64,000 nucleotides of DNA, from NCBI GenBank assembly GCA_003193925.1, contig PSPG01000006.1:1-64000 (forward strand), written 5' to 3'. Every line of letters starts with the position of its first letter. Position 1 is the first letter of the stretch. Below, one piece after another: positions 39,616 through 49,739 of this stretch. A model generated the notes under the pieces. It did no database searches and was not told where the DNA came from. It saw nothing but the letters and a program-made list of their open reading frames with translations. A program made the position numbers and the translations under genes. This stretch comes from Candidatus Thalassarchaeum betae (GTDB lineage: Archaea > Thermoplasmatota > Poseidoniia > Poseidoniales > Thalassarchaeaceae).

Positions 39616-41199
39616 TCAGTGGACCAGCACACTGCCCTCATCGGAATGGACCAGAATCTCCCTCGTCGACAATCCGAGCATCTTCTTGGAAGCCAGCAGC
39701 CCGCTGTAGACCGCACCCATCACCCCATGAGACGTCGTCGAGGCGCCACAGTGGTACAGACGGTCGATCTCGGTCCTTATCGGGAAGCCGAACGGACCGA
39801 TCTGCCTTGCCGACTTAGCGGTCCCGTAGAGGTTGCCGCGATGCGAGTTCACATAGTACTCGTTGGTCAGCGGGGTGCCCAACTCGCAGAGCAGCAGATG
39901 GTCGCGCAGCCCCGGTATCAGTGGCTCGAGCATGTCCAGCATCCTTTCGGTCAAGTCGCGCTTGAACTCTTCGTACTCCTCCGAACGTTCCTCGGTCAGG
40001 GTTCCGAACCACGGCCTGAAGGCGTCGTACGAGACGAAGGTGAAGGCCTCCATCGTGTGTACTCCCTGCTTCCTGTTCGAGGGGTCCTTGAGAGTGGTGA
40101 CGGTCAGGAATGCTCCCCTTATCGGGCCTGCATTGCCCAGATCCTCCTCCTCGGCGTAGCGGTAGATGCCGTCGATGTCAGCCTCCTTGCAGATCCAGTA
40201 GTTGCCCGAATCCAGCCCCATGGCCTCCAAGTCGAGGTCTGTGGCCATGAACAGACTCAGGCTGGAGACCGAGTACTCGGTTCTCCCCAGACGACGTAGC
40301 AGCTTCCCAGACAGGTGCTCGTCTCCGATCAGGTTGTGGTAGGTGACATGTGCATCTGCGTTCGAGAGCACCATTTCAGCAAGGATCTCAGTGCCATCGG
40401 TCAGACGCACCCCCGTTGCCCGACAGCCATCCGGCCCATCTTCGAGTAGAATGCTCTCAACCTCGGTGCGCAGCCTGATCTCACCGCCCTTGGACCTCAA
40501 CCTGCGAATGAATGCCTTCGGGAAGGCACCGCCTCCCCCCTTGGGATACCAGCCCCCGTCCCAGTAGTGTGCATCGATGGCGATGTGCTGTGCAGCGGGA
40601 ACGCGCTCCGGACTCATTCCATGGTCCCCGGAACGCGCCTCGAGTATGGTTATGAGGAACGGGTCACTGACGTACTTCCTGATTCTGCCTGATATCGGCC
40701 GCAGCCCTGTGAGGGCTAGCCAGGGTGCGACAAAGAGAGTCTTCAGAGGGGCAAGCGGACCGCGCACCCTCCTGCTCCGACTCATCTCCTCATCGATTCG
40801 CTGCATGTAGCGGAAGTACCGCTCGATTCCCCTGCGCTCGTGGGGGAAGCGCTCGCAGAGCCTCTCCCTGAAGGCAGGCATCCCCTTGGGTATGTCGAAA
40901 CGCTCCTCGCCGACGAGGACGTGGTCGTAGCCGTCAGGGTTCAGCTCGTAGAACTCCATGTCCCCCCCGACTCCTAGCCCCTCTAGGATGGCTCGCATAT
41001 CGCCTCCCTCCTGCAGACCACCTAGGTAGTGTACACCGGGGCTGAAGCGATGCCCGTCGAGGGAGAAGGAATGCGTCCATCCTCCCGGCAGGTAGTGCTG
41101 TTCTAGCACGAGTACCCGCTTTCCCGAGTTGGCAAGAGCCACGGCCGCAGTCATACCACCGGCTCCCGAGCCGACCACTACGACGTCCCATCGCTCCAT
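39616..41199 (-). CDS. Phytoene desaturase / retinol saturase-like FAD oxidoreductase
   Basis: VVGSGAGG, LEQHYLPGG, YPKGG, GTPLTN, LYHCGA. Confidence 0.85.
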   Translation of the reverse strand: MERWDVVVVGSGAGGMTAAVALANSGKRVLVLEQHYLPGGWTHSFSLDGHRFSPGVHYLGGLQEGGDMRAILEGLGVGGDMEFYELNPDGYDHVLVGEERFDIPKGMPAFRERLCERFPHERRGIERYFRYMQRIDEEMSRSRRVRGPLAPLKTLFVAPWLALTGLRPISGRIRKYVSDPFLITILEARSGDHGMSPERVPAAQHIAIDAHYWDGGWYPKGGGGAFPKAFIRRLRSKGGEIRLRTEVESILLEDGPDGCRATGVRLTDGTEILAEMVLSNADAHVTYHNLIGDEHLSGKLLRRLGRTEYSVSSLSLFMATDLDLEAMGLDSGNYWICKEADIDGIYRYAEEEDLGNAGPIRGAFLTVTTLKDPSNRKQGVHTMEAFTFVSYDAFRPWFGTLTEERSEEYEEFKRDLTERMLDMLEPLIPGLRDHLLLCELGTPLTNEYYVNSHRGNLYGTAKSARQIGPFGFPIRTEIDRLYHCGASTTSHGVMGAVYSGLLASKKMLGLSTREILVHSDEGSVLVH

Positions 41200-41231
41200 G
41201 CCGTTCTATGCTCCCCTCATTGGTCCAAACG

Positions 41232-42107
41232 TCATCGCTCGACCTTCTCGCCGCTGCTCCAGTCGTAGATTCCCTTGCCGGTCTTCTTGCCGAGGTCGCC
41301 CGCCTCGACCAGCCGGTCAAGCATCGGGTGAGGCCGGTACCTCTCGTCACCAAATGCGTCCGCGAGGTTGTTGAGGATGTCCCTGCGGATGTCCAGGCCG
41401 ACGAGGTCGCCCAACTCCAGTGGCCCCATCGGATGCCTGTAGCCCAAGCGCATCGCGGTATCGATGTCGCTGGCCGAGGCGACTCCGTCAGCGAGCATAC
41501 GCATCGCTTCGTTGCCGAGCACGACACCGAGTCGGCTACTCGCGAAACCGGGAACGTCACGCACTAGAATAGTCGTTTTGCCCATCGCAGAACCGATTGA
41601 TTGTGCGGCTGCGATGGTGTCTTCTGACACAGCGTCGTGGCGCACCAGTTCGAGCAGTTCCATGAGCGGGACTGGATTGAAGAAGTGCATCCCGATGACG
41701 CGCTCCGGGCAACCCGTCGCGCCGGCGATGTCCGAGATCGGCAGGCTTGAGGTGTTGGTGGCGAGCACCGCGTGACTCGGTGCGAGCCGCTCGAGCTCCG
41801 CGAAGATGCCCTGCTTGAGCTCCATGCTCTCGGGCACCGCCTCGATGACGAGATCAGCGCCGGCCACAGCCTCGGCCAGGTCGCTGGCCGCATGCAGGTT
41901 ATCTGACCACTCGGCCTTCTGATCGGGTGTGGTCTTGCCTCGCTCGATGCCCTTGTCCCAGAAGGCATCGATCGCCGCCATTCCCTTGGCCAGTCCCTCG
42001 GGGAAGGCGTCGTACAGCCGCGTCTCCCATCCTGTCTGGGCACAGACTTGGGCTATCCCAGCGCCCATAGTGCCGGCGCCGAGGACGGCAACGGCCCGGA
42101 CCTCCAC
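41232..42107 (-). CDS. 3-hydroxyacyl-CoA dehydrogenase (PaaH/Hbd-like)
   Basis: [40 protein letters not shown]. Confidence 0.93.
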   Translation of the reverse strand: MEVRAVAVLGAGTMGAGIAQVCAQTGWETRLYDAFPEGLAKGMAAIDAFWDKGIERGKTTPDQKAEWSDNLHAASDLAEAVAGADLVIEAVPESMELKQGIFAELERLAPSHAVLATNTSSLPISDIAGATGCPERVIGMHFFNPVPLMELLELVRHDAVSEDTIAAAQSIGSAMGKTTILVRDVPGFASSRLGVVLGNEAMRMLADGVASASDIDTAMRLGYRHPMGPLELGDLVGLDIRRDILNNLADAFGDERYRPHPMLDRLVEAGDLGKKTGKGIYDWSSGEKVER

Positions 42108-42111
42108 TCAA

Positions 42112-42672
42112 TCACTCCCGGCCGTAGGCCGCGAGCGCGGCTTGGAACAGTCGCTGGCGTGGCACATCGTGCTCTAGGAAGCAGGTGAACGGCGCGACCT
42201 CCTTCAACAGCTCGATGGCGGTGACGTAGGCGCCGTAGACGAAGGGGTCTGCGACCTCGGTGGAGGGTATGTCGATGCCGAGTTTGGCCAGCCCCTTGCG
42301 GGAGTCCTCGTCCCAGATGGCGTAGGTGTGATGAGTGAAATGAAGATAGGCGGATAGCCTGCGGATGTCCGAGCGGGCCTTGTCGGTCAGGCTCTCTATG
42401 AGTAGGGTGTCAGGGTACCGGATCGCATACAGCGACAGCATGACCTCCCTCTGGGTCTCCTCGCGCCAGTCGCGCTTCTCCAGCCCCATCCAATCGTCGA
42501 TCATGTCGAGCATCTGAGGCGTGTACGGCCTGCGGATCCGATAGAGCAGCCCCTCATACGAGTTCGCATCCTGCTCCTCAGAGTGGTGATGCTCGTGGAA
42601 GTACTCAGTCAGGCGGTCGAAGAAGGGCCTGCAGCGCTCCTTGTCGAACGAGGTGAGGGCTATGTGCTGCAT
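42112..42672 (-). CDS. Hypothetical protein
   Basis: 186-aa ORF with host-like codon usage, co-oriented within the cluster. Confidence 0.7.
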   Translation of the reverse strand: MQHIALTSFDKERCRPFFDRLTEYFHEHHHSEEQDANSYEGLLYRIRRPYTPQMLDMIDDWMGLEKRDWREETQREVMLSLYAIRYPDTLLIESLTDKARSDIRRLSAYLHFTHHTYAIWDEDSRKGLAKLGIDIPSTEVADPFVYGAYVTAIELLKEVAPFTCFLEHDVPRQRLFQAALAAYGRE

Positions 42673-42691
42673 GGCGAGGACCCCGGGTGGT

Positions 42692-43834
42692 TCACTCTCC
42701 CTTCCACTCTCGGTACTGGATCCATTCCTGTTGCATGTACTCGTTCACCAGGCGCTCCTCTTCCTCATCTGACGGCATGACCTCAATGAGGTACTCCTCC
42801 CAAGCGGCCTCATCGCCCTCGAATGGCTCGCCGTGAACGGTATACCTCTGTCCGGCGTACTTGCCGATTTCACGGTTGAACCTGTCCGAGGGGACGTAGA
42901 GGTCTGGCTCGCCCTTCTTGCGCACCTTGCTGATTCGCCGCATCTCGTCGCACAGCTCCTGGTAGTACAACTCGCGGCTGGCCTCGTTCAGGTGCTCCCT
43001 GTCCGCAGCCCCCTGCGCCTCGCGCTCGTCGTAGCGCCCCTTGATCCCGTATACATAGGCCCACTGGGCACTGGTCGATTCGTCCGTGCCGAACAGGTCG
43101 AGGCCGGTGCTGGCCCACTTGTTGACGTACTTCTGGATTAGGGCGCACGGGATCGCTCCCTGCTTGACGATCCGGCGTAGGCCGTTCGCCCCCGTCCCGA
43201 GGTGGAACGACTCCTCCTTGAGCATCGGGCCCATGCTCGCTGCGAGAGGCTTGAACGAGGAAGTGCTGAGCATCTTCAGCTGGTACTTGCCGTCGCGGTC
43301 GATGAAGTGAGTGAACATGAAGAAGTCCAGCCAGTGGTCTATAGGCTCGTTGAACGAGCCTAGGACCCTGGTGCCCTCCTGTGCGTTGCGCTCGAGCAGC
43401 TTGGCAGCCTCACGGACGCCCCGCTCGCCGAAGAAGGTGCACAGCAGATAGGCCATCTGCCAGCCGTGGCGCTGCTCCTCGCACATGATGCGCAGCGCCG
43501 ACTTACGGTCGTACTCGGTCGGGGCGGAAGCGAGAAGGTGGTTCTGCTGCTCGACTGAGGCGAACTCGGTGTCGCCCTGGACGCTGACCATGTTGATGAT
43601 CGCGTCACGGATGGTCTGCTGGGGGATATGCATTCCACGCTCCCATTTGGGCTTGCCCTCGAAGTCCCCGAACTCGATCTGGCTGCCTGCGGTGTCCCAG
43701 TCGAACTTGATGTCGAAGCGGTAGTCGCCCAGCCACGATGGGTCGAAGCCGATTCTGGTTTGCCACTCGCTGAAATCCTGAATCCACACCTCGAAGTTCT
43801 GTGTGTAATCCTGCACAATCTCACCGTCGGCCAT
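42692..43834 (-). CDS. boxB: BoxB-like diiron aryl-CoA epoxidase subunit (PaaA/PaaC/BoxB family)
   Basis: QGDTEFASVEQQ, EEQRH, WLDFFMFTHFIDRDGKYQL, EESFH (two ExxH motifs). Confidence 0.75.
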   Translation of the reverse strand: MADGEIVQDYTQNFEVWIQDFSEWQTRIGFDPSWLGDYRFDIKFDWDTAGSQIEFGDFEGKPKWERGMHIPQQTIRDAIINMVSVQGDTEFASVEQQNHLLASAPTEYDRKSALRIMCEEQRHGWQMAYLLCTFFGERGVREAAKLLERNAQEGTRVLGSFNEPIDHWLDFFMFTHFIDRDGKYQLKMLSTSSFKPLAASMGPMLKEESFHLGTGANGLRRIVKQGAIPCALIQKYVNKWASTGLDLFGTDESTSAQWAYVYGIKGRYDEREAQGAADREHLNEASRELYYQELCDEMRRISKVRKKGEPDLYVPSDRFNREIGKYAGQRYTVHGEPFEGDEAAWEEYLIEVMPSDEEEERLVNEYMQQEWIQYREWKGE

Positions 43835-43906
43835 GCACCAACGGCACTGATAACAGGTATATCAAACGCTGTATCAGAGATTCGCACTCTTTAGAGTGCG
43901 ATTCGC

Positions 43907-44764
43907 TCAATTACCCTCGAATTCGGGAACTTCCCTCTTGACGTAGGCCGCGATCCCCTTCTTCGCATCGCCGCTCTGGAACAGATCCGACTGCAGCTCC
44001 CTCTCGAGGGCCAGGTGGTACTCCAGCGGTATCTCCATACCGCTCTGGACGCTTCGCTTGATGTTCCCTATTGCCTTGCTGGCAGCGTAGGGCAGAGTGA
44101 ACTGCCCGGCGTAGTCCATGACGTCCTGGCGAAACTCTTCGAGGCTGCCGGCCCAGACATCGTGGACGAGGGACATCTCCTTGGCTTCCTCGTAGGAGAA
44201 CTTGCGACCGGTCACCATGATCTCCATCGCCTTCGCCTTGCCGACTAGTCGGGAGAGGCGTGCGGTGCCGCCGGTTCCGGCGAGCACGCCGAGGGAGACC
44301 TCGGGCAGGCCGACCTGACCAGAGTCCTTGCGGCCGATTCGGATGTCGGCGGCCATAGCGATCTCCAGACCGCCGCCGACCGCGTGGCCGTTGAGGGCGG
44401 CAATGACGAGCTTGGGAGTCTGCTCGAGCCTGCTGAGGGTCTCATTGGCATGCAGGCAGAAGAAGTACTTGAAGCCGGGAGTGACCGAGTCGAGCATGCT
44501 GATGCTGGCACCCGCAGAGAAGAACTTCTCGCCGTGCCCGGTCATCACTATCACGGTGACGTCATCGTCGAAGCGAGAGCGCAGCACAGCCTCGTCGATG
44601 TCCCTCATCATGGCGTGGGTGTAGAGGTTGACCGAGGTCTTGCCTTCGACCAGGGGCTCACCCTCTGAATCGGAGCATAGTTCGATGACGGCGATTCCGT
44701 TGGCCGTCACTCCGTAGTTCACCAGGTTGTTCGGCATCGGCTCCAGTTCTGGCCAAGAGGTCAT
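43907..44764 (-). CDS. Crotonase-family protein resembling the N-terminal half of BoxC
   Basis: FFSAGASISML, FCLHANET, NGHAVGGGLE, LPEVSLGVLAGTGG; adjacent to the boxB-like gene. Confidence 0.7.
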   Translation of the reverse strand: MTSWPELEPMPNNLVNYGVTANGIAVIELCSDSEGEPLVEGKTSVNLYTHAMMRDIDEAVLRSRFDDDVTVIVMTGHGEKFFSAGASISMLDSVTPGFKYFFCLHANETLSRLEQTPKLVIAALNGHAVGGGLEIAMAADIRIGRKDSGQVGLPEVSLGVLAGTGGTARLSRLVGKAKAMEIMVTGRKFSYEEAKEMSLVHDVWAGSLEEFRQDVMDYAGQFTLPYAASKAIGNIKRSVQSGMEIPLEYHLALERELQSDLFQSGDAKKGIAAYVKREVPEFEGN

Positions 44765-44817
44765 GCTCGCGCCACCGAGGGCCGCCATATCAATCAAACG
44801 GGCCCAGAGGACGCCTT

Positions 44818-46044
44818 CTAGGCGTCACTCTCGCCGAACGAGGTCTTGACCCCGCTCCTGCGGATCGCGTCCCACTGAGCACCGATTTCGACGGCGCGGA
44901 CGCTGGGCTCCCAAATGTCACGGCTCAGCGACTTCCTGAACGGCATGCGGTACACGGTCCTCCCGTCGGCCAGCCGCTTGCGACGGAGCATCCCAAGTTT
45001 CACTATCGGCCAGAGCAGACTCCAGACGATTCCCGGCTTGTACAGCCACCTCATGAAGGCCAGACCGTCCCCCTTCTTCTCTTGGTCGCGCATCCAGTGG
45101 TTGGCTACCATCTTGAAGCCGCGGTCTCCGACCCGATTCATCAGGAAGCGATTGATCGCACTGGTCCTGACGAGAGGAACGAGGCGACCACGGACCTCGG
45201 TCTCGTAGTCGCACTCGCCTAGGATCGACTTGGCGGCGAGCACGCCGCTGGTGATCGCGTATCTCATCCCGAAGCCCCACATGCAATCCTGCAGCCCGCC
45301 GGCCTCGCCGACGTAGTACCGCCCCTCATGGACGTACTTGTTCGGCTGCGCGAAGTCGCCCTTGCCGCCGACCCTCTTGATGGGTCTGCGGTTGAGCACG
45401 TAGCGCTGCTCGTACCAAGCGATGGTCTCGTTGAGGTAGCGGGAACTCTTACTCTGCTGGCGCCACAGGCACGTGCAGATCAGTCCGATGCCGTCGATGA
45501 CGATGAGGTAGGTGTACGCCCCTGGTCCCAGTTTGTCGTTGAGCTGGAAGCTAACCTGGTTGGGATGGTCGGTGTGAAAGATCTCCCCGTACGCCACCGC
45601 GCTCGTCTCCTTCGGGCCTGCGGCGATGATATGGCAGTCCCCGGGCTCCCTCCGAGTGTCGTAGTGGATCTCGGCCCCCGCCTCCACCGCCATCCGCTTG
45701 AAGCCCTGGTCGATGCAGTGCTCGTCCGTCCCACGCTCGACGACGCGGAATGCGATTCCCTCGGTGTGGACATTGGTGATCACATCGTCCGGGTGTATTA
45801 GGTCGACACCGTTGAACGCGTCTGACTTGAATTCCTCCGGGTCGAAGCCCCACTCGCGCATCTCGTCGAAGAAGTCCCGCTCGCTGGTCCAGTTCTCGAT
45901 TCCCTGGAAATCACCGTCGAACCGAGCTCCGCTGTCGCTGCGTATCTCGTGGACGTGAACTTCGTGGCCGGCCTTAGCCAGATAGGTGGCAGCGGCGAGG
46001 CCCGAGAGACCTCCGCCGAGGACGTGGATGGGCTCCTCACTCAC
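44818..46044 (-). CDS. Geranylgeranyl reductase-like FAD oxidoreductase
   Basis: GGGLSG, PGAYTY, VGEAGGLQD..WGFGMRYAITSG; GTG start inferred. Confidence 0.75.
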   Translation of the reverse strand: MSEEPIHVLGGGLSGLAAATYLAKAGHEVHVHEIRSDSGARFDGDFQGIENWTSERDFFDEMREWGFDPEEFKSDAFNGVDLIHPDDVITNVHTEGIAFRVVERGTDEHCIDQGFKRMAVEAGAEIHYDTRREPGDCHIIAAGPKETSAVAYGEIFHTDHPNQVSFQLNDKLGPGAYTYLIVIDGIGLICTCLWRQQSKSSRYLNETIAWYEQRYVLNRRPIKRVGGKGDFAQPNKYVHEGRYYVGEAGGLQDCMWGFGMRYAITSGVLAAKSILGECDYETEVRGRLVPLVRTSAINRFLMNRVGDRGFKMVANHWMRDQEKKGDGLAFMRWLYKPGIVWSLLWPIVKLGMLRRKRLADGRTVYRMPFRKSLSRDIWEPSVRAVEIGAQWDAIRRSGVKTSFGESDA

Positions 46045-46121
46045 GGTAATGCTACCGAACACCCCCGCTTGAACGGTTGGGTGTGCCGTCGCGTTCAAGC
46101 GGCGGACCCCGATGGCACGGC

Positions 46122-46544
46122 ATGCACCGCATACACGTGCGCATCGAGCCGGAGCGACTAGACCCGGAGGAGCTGCGCGAGCTGGTCGACTCGGATGGCT
46201 GCGGCAGCGTGGTCACCTTCGTCGGGCTTACTCGTGGCGAGGACAACGGAGTGACCGTTGAGAGACTCGAGTTCGATGCTTGGGAGGAGCGCCTACCAAC
46301 GGTCCTCGAGGAACTCGCCGAGCAGGCATTCGGCCAGTTCGGCGTGAGTTCCGTGGTACTTGCTCACCGGACCGGCTCGGTCGGGCCAGGTGAGCCCATC
46401 GTGTGCATCCACGTCGGCTCGGCCCACCGAGCTGAGGGCTTCGAGGCCTGCAGTTGGCTCATTGACGAACTGAAGCGCCAGGCGCCGCTATGGAAGAAGG
46501 AGATCCGCGCCGACGGAGAGGTCTGGAAGGCAGGACTCGGCTGA
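46122..46544 (+). CDS. moaE: Molybdopterin synthase catalytic subunit
   Basis: GSVVTFVGLTR, HRTG, SAHR, IDELKRQAPLWKKE. Confidence 0.92.
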   Translation: MHRIHVRIEPERLDPEELRELVDSDGCGSVVTFVGLTRGEDNGVTVERLEFDAWEERLPTVLEELAEQAFGQFGVSSVVLAHRTGSVGPGEPIVCIHVGSAHRAEGFEACSWLIDELKRQAPLWKKEIRADGEVWKAGLG

Positions 46545-47891
46545 TCATCTCGCGTCCATGGCCCCGCTCACGCTGGCGACGGCCTCGGGCACGTTCGCCG
46601 CGATCCCCTCGACCATCATCCAGCCGTGTCCCTTCACGCCGTCGCCGACTAGACGGACTCCCTCCACGCCGATGTCCGAGGGCAGCTCAGCGCCTTGCGG
46701 GGCACGGTTGCACGGCCAGTTTCGGTGGTAGGTGTGCACGCACAACTCCTCACCGTGGTCGGCAAGCCAGGGAATCGCATCGTGGAGATCCTCGCGACCC
46801 TTGTCGATCTCGGACTTGACGCTCGGGTCGGGGACGTGCTGGTGTGTGATCATCATGTGCTTGCCCTCGGGGGCCAGACTCGGCTCTGAGAAGGTAGGGA
46901 GAACGTAACCACCGACCCTCTCGAGATTTGGCAGCATGGTGACGCCGCTGCTGCGATGCGGGATGTCGTCGTCCAGGGCGAACACGAATCCGATTCCGCC
47001 GACCGCCTGAGTGTTGCGCACTTGCTCTCTGACTCCAGCGGCGACCTCGAAGTCGTCTGAGAGCGCCGCCAGAAGGTTCGGATGGCCGCCGTTGTGGATG
47101 ATCGAGTCGGCGCCGACCCAGATCCCCTCTTGGCGCCCCCTGCGCCTCACACCTATGCAGAACCGATTGCCCTTGGTCGACTCCTCAGCGTCACCGGGGA
47201 GTATCTCGGTCACCTCGTTGGAGAGTTTCACTCGAGCGCCATTCTCCCTTAGATCCGCGCGCAGACCGTTTATCACGCCCTTGCACCCGCCCTTGGGGAC
47301 TGCTGGCCTGTCGCTCCAGAACGAGTTCTGCAGCATCTTGACGACGGTAGAGGCAGGCATCTGGTCGAATCTCAGGCTGATCGCGAAGTTGGCGAAGGCA
47401 TCGGCAAAGTCGACGAACTCCTCGGAGAACCTCTTTGACATCCATGTTCTCCCATCCTCAGTCTCATCACCCCACGGGTGATTGGCACGCTTCAGCAGCA
47501 GCCTCGGGAGATTGAGGGTGTCCCTGACTGAGAACCAGGGGAGTATGCCGTATACCGAGTTCGCCTCCTGTAGCTTACCGTCTTTCATCCGGCATGCGAA
47601 CTTGGTGGTCGGGAGGAACTCCACCCCATGCCGACCGAGATCCAGACCTCCCGAGATTTTCTTGCCCAGCAGGAGTTTGGCGAAAGGACCCTTGCGACCG
47701 TGCGGGATCATGTGGACGGCGCCGGTGGGAATCTGGAAGCCGTCGTGGTCGTGCTGGGTGAACCTGCCACCGGCGAAGGACATCCTGTCGTACACCGTGA
47801 CATCGTACTTCTGTGTCTGCGCGAGGCAGGCTGCGGAGGCCAGTCCTCCGACGCCCGCGCCGATTACCACGGCCTTGGGCTTCTCGCTCAT
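46545..47891 (-). CDS. FAD-dependent oxidoreductase (phytoene desaturase-like)
   Basis: IGAGVGGL, GGRF, TGAVHMIPHG, PKGG, VGDG. Confidence 0.8.
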   Translation of the reverse strand: MSEKPKAVVIGAGVGGLASAACLAQTQKYDVTVYDRMSFAGGRFTQHDHDGFQIPTGAVHMIPHGRKGPFAKLLLGKKISGGLDLGRHGVEFLPTTKFACRMKDGKLQEANSVYGILPWFSVRDTLNLPRLLLKRANHPWGDETEDGRTWMSKRFSEEFVDFADAFANFAISLRFDQMPASTVVKMLQNSFWSDRPAVPKGGCKGVINGLRADLRENGARVKLSNEVTEILPGDAEESTKGNRFCIGVRRRGRQEGIWVGADSIIHNGGHPNLLAALSDDFEVAAGVREQVRNTQAVGGIGFVFALDDDIPHRSSGVTMLPNLERVGGYVLPTFSEPSLAPEGKHMMITHQHVPDPSVKSEIDKGREDLHDAIPWLADHGEELCVHTYHRNWPCNRAPQGAELPSDIGVEGVRLVGDGVKGHGWMMVEGIAANVPEAVASVSGAMDAR

Positions 47892-47900
47892 CGGGGCACC

Positions 47901-48161
47901 TCAGGAGTAGACGAGGGCACCGGTCGGACACCACAGCAGGCACCTCAAGCAGTCCGTGCAGTTATCGTCGATGACTTCGCACAGGCCCTCGACGATCAGC
48001 GCATCGTCCTTGCATGCCATCAGGCAGTACGAGCAGCCCACGCAGAGCTCGTCGATGACCTGTAGTTTGACGCCTTCCTTGGCCGGTCTGTCGTGCGAGA
48101 GGCCCGAGACAAGTTCGGGCACCGTGCCCGGAGTCGCCTTCTTCCGGAACGCCTCGGCCAT
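47901..48161 (-). CDS. 2x[4Fe-4S] ferredoxin
   Basis: CVGCSYCLMAC and CTDCLRCLLWCP. Confidence 0.85.
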   Translation of the reverse strand: MAEAFRKKATPGTVPELVSGLSHDRPAKEGVKLQVIDELCVGCSYCLMACKDDALIVEGLCEVIDDNCTDCLRCLLWCPTGALVYS

Positions 48162-48267
48162 GCAGGCCCATTTCGCCCTCCATATTTCAGTTCGATGCAG
48201 TCCCGCCGCCGGTCTGAATAGGGATGATGCCCTCGGCGAGGTGCGCGCAAAGGCGGATGGTGCTGGT

Positions 48268-48726
48268 ATGGAGGAGTCCTGGACCGGAATCGTGGATGTC
48301 GGCTCGAAGCCGGTGGTTGCGCGCGAGGCCGTGGCCACGGGGCTGCTGGTGCTCTCGAACGAGGGCATCGACGTCGTCGCAAACGGGCGCTCGCCCAAGG
48401 GAGATGTCCGCGAGGCCTCAACGGTAGCAGTCATCCAGGCCGTCAAGGAGACCCCCCGCACTCTGCCTCACTGCCATCCCATACCTATCGAGGGCTGCAC
48501 TGTCGACTGGAAGGTCGAGGACAACGGCCTGCGTTGCACCGTCTCGGTGCGTACCCACTGGACCACCGGCGTCGAGATGGAGGCGCTGTGCGGAGTCAAT
48601 GCGGGCTTGTTGTGCGCTTGGGACATGCTCAAGCCGATCGAGAAGGACGCTGACGGGCAGTATCCCATCTCCAAGATCGAGGACGTCCGGGTCCTGCGTA
48701 AGAGCAAGGGCGACCCGCATGATTGA
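48268..48726 (+). CDS. moaC: Cyclic pyranopterin monophosphate synthase
   Basis: VDVGSK, KGDV, LPHCHPI, TGVEMEAL, WDMLK. Confidence 0.92.
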   Translation: MEESWTGIVDVGSKPVVAREAVATGLLVLSNEGIDVVANGRSPKGDVREASTVAVIQAVKETPRTLPHCHPIPIEGCTVDWKVEDNGLRCTVSVRTHWTTGVEMEALCGVNAGLLCAWDMLKPIEKDADGQYPISKIEDVRVLRKSKGDPHD

Positions 48727-48750
48727 ATGCTGAGGCTCACTCGGCCCACC

Positions 48751-49698
48751 ATGGCGACTATCGACCTCGCCGAGCACTTCCTGCAGGCCACTGAGGCGGC
48801 TGCCGTCGCAGCCTCTGCTTGGAAGGGCATGGGAGACCGGAAGGCCGCCGACGGCGCGGCGGTCGAGGCCATGCGCGCTGTGTTCGACAAGGTCCCTTTC
48901 GACGGCCGAGTCGCCATCGGAGAGGGCGAGCGCGACGATGCTCCGATGCTGTGGATTGGCGAGCCTCTGGGCTCGATGCAGGGCGAGCCCGACGCACCGA
49001 GGATAGACATCGCCGTGGACCCGCTCGAGTGCACCAACCACGTCGCCCTAGACCTGCCCAACGCGATGGCCGTGCTGGCAGCCGCCCCCCGCGGCTGCCT
49101 GCTGCACGCACCCGACTGCTACATGGACAAGATAGCCGGACCGGCTGCTGTGGCAGGCGAGGTCAGCCTTGAGGCCGACGTCTCCTACAACGTCGAGGCC
49201 GCCTGCGCCGCTCTCGACAAGCCTTCTTCCGAGCTGCGCATCGTCGTCATGGACAGGCCGCGGCACGAGCAGTTGATACGCGATCTGAAAGAGCACGACG
49301 TTGACATCGTACTCATTGGCGACGGTGACATCGCAGCCGCTCTCGACTCCGCCGACCCCAACTCCGACATCGACATGCTGATGGGAATCGGGGCGGCCCC
49401 CGAGGGAGTCATCACCGCTACAGCGCTGAGGGGATTGGACGCACCGTTCGAGGGACGACTCGTGTTCAAGAACGATGGTCACAGAGAGCGCGCCGAGAGT
49501 ATGATCGACGGAGACGTCGACAGGATATGGGGGCGCGATGAACTCTGCTCATCGGATGATTCGGTGTTCATCGGCTCGGGCGTGTGCACCGGGCGGACAA
49601 GGGGGGTGGAGATCTTGGACGACGGTCGCGCCTCTGTGCATTCAGAGATTATCGACGTGAACTCTGGCGAGCACACCTATGTATCCTCCGTGCGATGA
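48751..49698 (+). CDS. glpX: Fructose-1,6-bisphosphatase class II
   Basis: ADGAAV, IGEGERDDAPML, DIAVDPLE, YMDK, DRPRH, DGDI, GAAPEGV. Confidence 0.93.
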   Translation: MATIDLAEHFLQATEAAAVAASAWKGMGDRKAADGAAVEAMRAVFDKVPFDGRVAIGEGERDDAPMLWIGEPLGSMQGEPDAPRIDIAVDPLECTNHVALDLPNAMAVLAAAPRGCLLHAPDCYMDKIAGPAAVAGEVSLEADVSYNVEAACAALDKPSSELRIVVMDRPRHEQLIRDLKEHDVDIVLIGDGDIAAALDSADPNSDIDMLMGIGAAPEGVITATALRGLDAPFEGRLVFKNDGHRERAESMIDGDVDRIWGRDELCSSDDSVFIGSGVCTGRTRGVEILDDGRASVHSEIIDVNSGEHTYVSSVR

Positions 49699-49739
49699 GT
49701 TCTTCTCCATCCACTTGCACGTTCGCATGAGGCACTACT

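Noticed and set aside
39616-41199. Carotenoid/retinal biosynthesis cluster
   Set aside because: The CrtI-like folds lack neighbouring crtB, crtY, blh or rhodopsin genes, so the substrate cannot be assigned.
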